A DNA stretch of 41,159 bases. It comes from Octopus bimaculoides. Lineage: Eukaryota. The notes under the pieces were generated by a model that did not search any database, was not told where the DNA came from, and saw nothing but the letters and a program-made list of their open reading frames with translations. The translations under genes were made by a program, and so were the position numbers. The stretch lies in contig NC_068990.1 in the NCBI RefSeq assembly GCF_001194135.2, positions 11,986,968-12,028,126 of the forward strand, written 5' to 3'. Below are positions 36,590 through 41,159 of the stretch, one piece after another (within the stretch, counting starts at the first letter, position 1; each line of letters begins with the position of its first letter).

Positions 36590-37522
36590 NNNNNNNNNNN
36601 NNNNNNNNNNNNNNNNNNNNNNNNNNNNNNNNNNNNNNNNNNNNNNNNNNNNNNNNNNNNNNNNNNNNNNNNNNNNNNNNNNNNNNNNNNNNNNNNNNNN
36701 NNNNNNNNNNNNNNNNNNNNNNNNNNNNNNNNNNNNNNNNNNNNNNNNNNNNNNNNNNNNNNNNNNNNNNNNNNNNNNNNNNNNNNNNNNNNNNNNNNNN
36801 NNNNNNNNNNATATATATATATATATATACATATATATATGTATAGATGTATATGTGTGTATATAAGTATGCATATAAGTGTGTTTGCATGTATACACAC
36901 ACCTGTGTGCATACATGTATAAATATAACTACTATTAAGAGCTTTGTCACATCTCTAAAAAGTGATTTTTCTACATTTCTTATGTGTGTAAGCTTGTATA
37001 TATATGTGTATAAATACATACGGCATATAGATATAAACATTCACATATATATATACACTTCACACACAACCATAAATATATAAAACCTCCATGTACATAT
37101 ATATTTATATACACACACGCACACACACACACTAATACACTCACACACCCACAGACAAACACACAACCAACATTGGGAGAGAATGAAAATCATTTCTAAT
37201 GAGACCAGATTGTTATTTTTGAATCACAAAACATTGGTATGTTGCTTGTTTCTTAGATTCTTAGAGAGCATAAGAGATTGTAATGTTTGTGTCTTGGGGC
37301 TTCTTGCTATATTTTCTATTTGCATTTTATTTCCAAATTCCATATAGAATAATATGTTAGCGATTTTCGAACACTAGTTTAAAGTTGAAAGAAATAATAA
37401 GATAGAGATAGAGTTAGGGAGAAAGAAAAAGAAAATGGGGAGATATACAATCTACATAAATTTCTGTATTTATATTTTCTAACTGAAACACCTCCCTCTG
37501 GGTGAATTTTTCTCAGTTTATG

Positions 37523-37561
<39 letters not shown>

Positions 37562-38279
37562 TATATATATGTATCTGCGTGTGACTAAATATATCTTGTT
37601 ATTTTTCATATNNNNNNNNNNNNNNNNNNNNNNNNNNNNNNNNNNNNNNNNNNNNNNNNNNNNNNNNNNNNNNNNNNNNNNNNNNNNNNNNNNNNNNNNN
37701 NNNNNNNNNNNNNNNNNNNNNNNNNNNNNNNNNNNNNNNNNNNNNNNNNNNNNNNNNNNNNNNNNNNNNNNNNNNNNNNNNNNNNNNNNNNNNNNNNNNN
37801 NNNNNNNNNNNNNNNNNNNNNNNNNNNNNNNNNNNNNNNNNNNNNNNNNNNNNNNNNNNNNNNNNNNNNNNNNNNNNNNNNNNNNNNNNNNNNNNNNNNN
37901 NNNNNNNNNNNNNNNNNNNNNNNNNNNNNNNNNNNNNNNNNNNNNNNNNNNNNNNNNNNNNNNNNNNNNNNNNNNNNNNNNNNNNNNNNNNNNNNNNNNN
38001 NNNNNNNNNNNNNNNNNNNNNNNNNNNNNNNNNNNNNNNNNNNNNNNNNNNNNNNNNNNNNNNNNNNNNNNNNNNNNNNNNNNNNNNNNNNNNNNNNNNN
38101 NNNNNNNNNNNNNNNNNNNNNNNNNNNNNNNNNNNNNTCCTTGTTTCTTTCTGTGTTCCTTTCTGTGAAAGAGTATACGCTTGAAACATTAAAGACATTT
38201 TCAATTCCCGAGCGTTGTACTAATACATATGGTTGTTTTCTACACCACCTGTCTTCGCCTGTTGTTTTTCTTAAATTAT

Positions 38280-38324
<45 letters not shown>

Positions 38325-38556
38325 ATATATGTGTATATAAATACACACATACACACACGAGTGAGTGGACAAATGAAAGAAGGGCACTCAACAAATTTAG
38401 TGGGAGTCACATGTATGGATCAAAACAGTTTGATTCAAATTTGTTGGTACTCTTGAGTTTCAAGCATGATGCTAGTCTTCAGCCATTTTGAATTTGATTT
38501 CCTGTTCACCATGCAGTACTTTCCAACTAACTGTTACCAATACCAAAGTCAAACCA

Positions 38557-38640
38557 TGACATCACGTGACATTCCTCAACCAATCGCAGCCCACCTTATG
38601 GCAATAACAATCAACTTCTATTTTTAAAATTCAAAATGGC
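38557..38640. promoter_or_regulatory. Promoter-like motif cluster (E-box TCACGTGA, CCAAT, AAAATGGC)
   Basis: TCACGTGAC at 38562-38570, CCAATC at 38580, YY1-like AAAATGGC at 38633; motifs only, no expression data. Confidence 0.3.
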
Positions 38641-38709
38641 TGAAGACTAGCATTGTGCTTAAAATTCAAGTGTACCAATGAATTTGGATCAGATTGTTTT
38701 GATACTTAC

Positions 38710-38767
38710 ATAAACACCATTTGAACATGGCTAGCTTTGTGACACACAAACCTGTGTCCATTACGAC
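38710..38767 (-). CDS. Candidate 58-nt exon (RNGHRFVCHKASHVQMVF)
   Basis: Acceptor ccttccctgttcgaAG, donor AT|GTAAGT; phase-compatible with the 36102 exon. Confidence 0.3.
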
Positions 38768-38994
38768 CTTCGAACAGGGAAGGTCAGCATCTTCCCGTTG
38801 CTGGTTCAACATCCACAGACTTGTTTCAGGGTATTTGCCCCTTAACAATATGGTTTAGCCAAACCCAGCAGGCGTCACTACAGTCCACACAGAATGATTA
38901 TTTATTTAAAGTGAGGAAAACAGAAGTCAAATTCAGTATAATTTAGCAGAAGCAACAGAGTGAATCAAGGTCTGAGAATTTTGTATATATACAG

Positions 38995-39060
<66 letters not shown>

Positions 39061-39520
39061 TATATAGCAATAGCAACACTGTGCTGAAACTGTTTTAATT
39101 AATTTTGGTCATCAACCTACTACATTTCATTATGCTGGCAATAGTTTCCTTACATTAATTATGAAAAGTTCTGATAAAATGTGAAGTAAAGTTCCTGATG
39201 ATTCTTTGAAGTGGAAACTATTTGTATTGAGCCTTAATTTAGTTGTCAAAAAAAACTGGCTTATCCGTTGGTTTTATTTTCACAGCAACACTAAATAAAT
39301 ATTTAATATATCATATATGACTGTGATATATTGTTGTGGAAGGATTCCAACCACCCAACAAGTGGTTAACGGTTGACTGACTTATTGTTATAAAACAAAG
39401 AACTGTGAGCAATTGGCAGTTCTGGTTGGTAAGCAGTTCACTGTGAGCCTTTGGTATGGAGCATTGAGTCTCATGTAATAGTAATAGTAGTGTGACATGT
39501 AAATATTTTCTTTCCTCTCT

Positions 39521-40258
39521 GCTTCCTTATGTTATATATCCGATACATTATGTTATATATCCAATACATTATGTTATATATCCAATACATTATGTTATAT
39601 ATCCAATACATTATGTTATATATCCAATACATTATGTTATATATCCAATACATTATGTTATATCTCCAATACATTATGTTATATATCCAATACATTATGT
39701 TATATCTCCAATACATTATGTTATATATCCAATACATTATGTTATATATCCAATACATTATGTTATATNNNNNNNNNNNNNNNNNNNNNNNNNNNNNNNN
39801 NNNNNNNNNNNNNNNNNNNNNNNNNNNNNNNNNNNNNNNNNNNNNNNNNNNNNNNNNNNNNNNNNNNNNNNNNNNNNNNNNNNNNNNNNNNNNNNNNNNN
39901 NNNNNNNNNNNNNNNNNNNNNNNNNNNNNNNNNNNNNNNNNNNNNNNNNNNNNNNNNNNNNNNNNNNNNNNNNNNNNNNNNNNNNNNNNNNNNNNNNNNN
40001 NNNNNNNNNNNNNNNNNNNNNNNNNNNNNNNNNNNNNNNNNNNNNNNNNNNNNNNNNNNNNNNNNNNNNNNNNNNNNNNNNNNNNNNNATACATTATGTT
40101 ATATATCCAATACATTATGTTATATATCCAATACATTATGTTATATATCCAATACATTATGTTATATATCCAATACATTATGTTATATCTCCAATACATT
40201 ATGTTATATATCCAATACATTATGTTATATATCCAATACATTATGTTATATCTCCAAT
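39521..40258. repeat. 21-bp minisatellite (ATACATTATGTTATATATCCA)n with internal gap
   Basis: About 12 units left and about 8 right of the N-run; occasional TATCTCCA variant units. Confidence 0.97.
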
Positions 40259-40701
40259 ATAAAAAATATACAGACACAGATGTGCACAATGTTCACATGT
40301 ACATACATGTATACATTTTTATATATGCATCACATTTAACTAAGAACATTTATGGAACAGCTACAGTAAAAGATACAGACCACAAGCTGAGTTTAAAAAA
40401 TCATCTTTGTTTTCACATCTCATTAACAAGCTATGAACTTATTCAGTATTCAGTATTTGTCTGCACCTATGTCTATAAAGGTGAGTGTGTGTATGTCCAT
40501 ATAAGTATAGAAGCACACATACACACACACTCACATGCATACATGCAGGTACACACATAGACACACATTCACATGCATGCATGCAGGTACACACATACAC
40601 ACACACTTATATATGCCAGTATCTTTTGACTCGTATTCATTCCATTGATTGTTGGTGAGAAATCACCCTGCTTGCTAATTGTCTTCTTGTACAATGCAGC
40701 T

Positions 40702-40745
40702 TCCAAAAGCATAATTCCAAAAGCATAATTCCAAAAGCATAATTC
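40702..40745. repeat. 14-bp tandem repeat x3 (TTCCAAAAGCATAA)
   Basis: Directly visible. Confidence 0.9.
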
Positions 40746-41159
40746 AGACATTGTTTCAAAGTTGTAATGGTGCCAGCTGGACATTCTCAAGAATTCTGTT
40801 CCATAACTCGGACATCACTTTGCCACCATCTCATTAATTCCTTCAAAAGAAAAATCCTGTTTCGAATGTAACATTTTTGCGTATTTTCAGTTTCTCCTTC
40901 TCCTCTCTGTATGTCAATATCTATGTATACATGTATGTATGTATGTATGTATGTATGTATGTATGCATGTACATATGTATGTCTGTGTGTGTGGGTATGT
41001 ATGTATGCATGTATGTATGATTGTGTGGGAAGGTATGCATGTGTGTGCATATGTATGTACTTATGCGTGCATGCATGAATGAATGTATGTATGTGTGTGT
41101 GAGTATGTATGTATGTATGTATGTATGCATGTACATATGTATGTCTGTGTGTGTGGGTA

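Overview
Gappy (about 16 N-runs), AT-rich, microsatellite-laden eukaryotic genomic DNA. The SINE/LINE repertoire and (CA/TA/CAT)n load resemble a coleoid cephalopod, probably an Octopus draft assembly (inference). Nearly all ORFs in the supplied track are microsatellite or N-gap read-throughs, and no intact protein-coding gene, rRNA, true tRNA or CRISPR array is supported. The window is mostly repeats: a bipartite tRNA-headed SINE with an internal microsatellite, RTE-LINE 3' ends and a non-autonomous partner, V-type and MESC/Nin-type SINEs, mariner, piggyBac and other TIR MITEs, and fossil RTE, Penelope-like, Ty3/Gypsy and Tc1/mariner coding fragments that I recognised by hand translation across stops and frameshifts. 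Most noteworthy: four unrelated long fold-back elements of 250-410 bp (three are palindromes almost to the centre); a decayed Penelope-type hammerhead ribozyme next to a Penelope RT fossil; a three-level nested transposon stack at 6.6-9.1 kb; a possible SF3-helicase (parvovirus-like) fossil at about 30.7-31.3 kb; and several short minus-strand candidate exons with WD40-like spacing, suggesting the window is mostly intronic. I see no convincing novel multi-gene system. Coordinates of degenerate repeats are approximate (about +/-20 bp).
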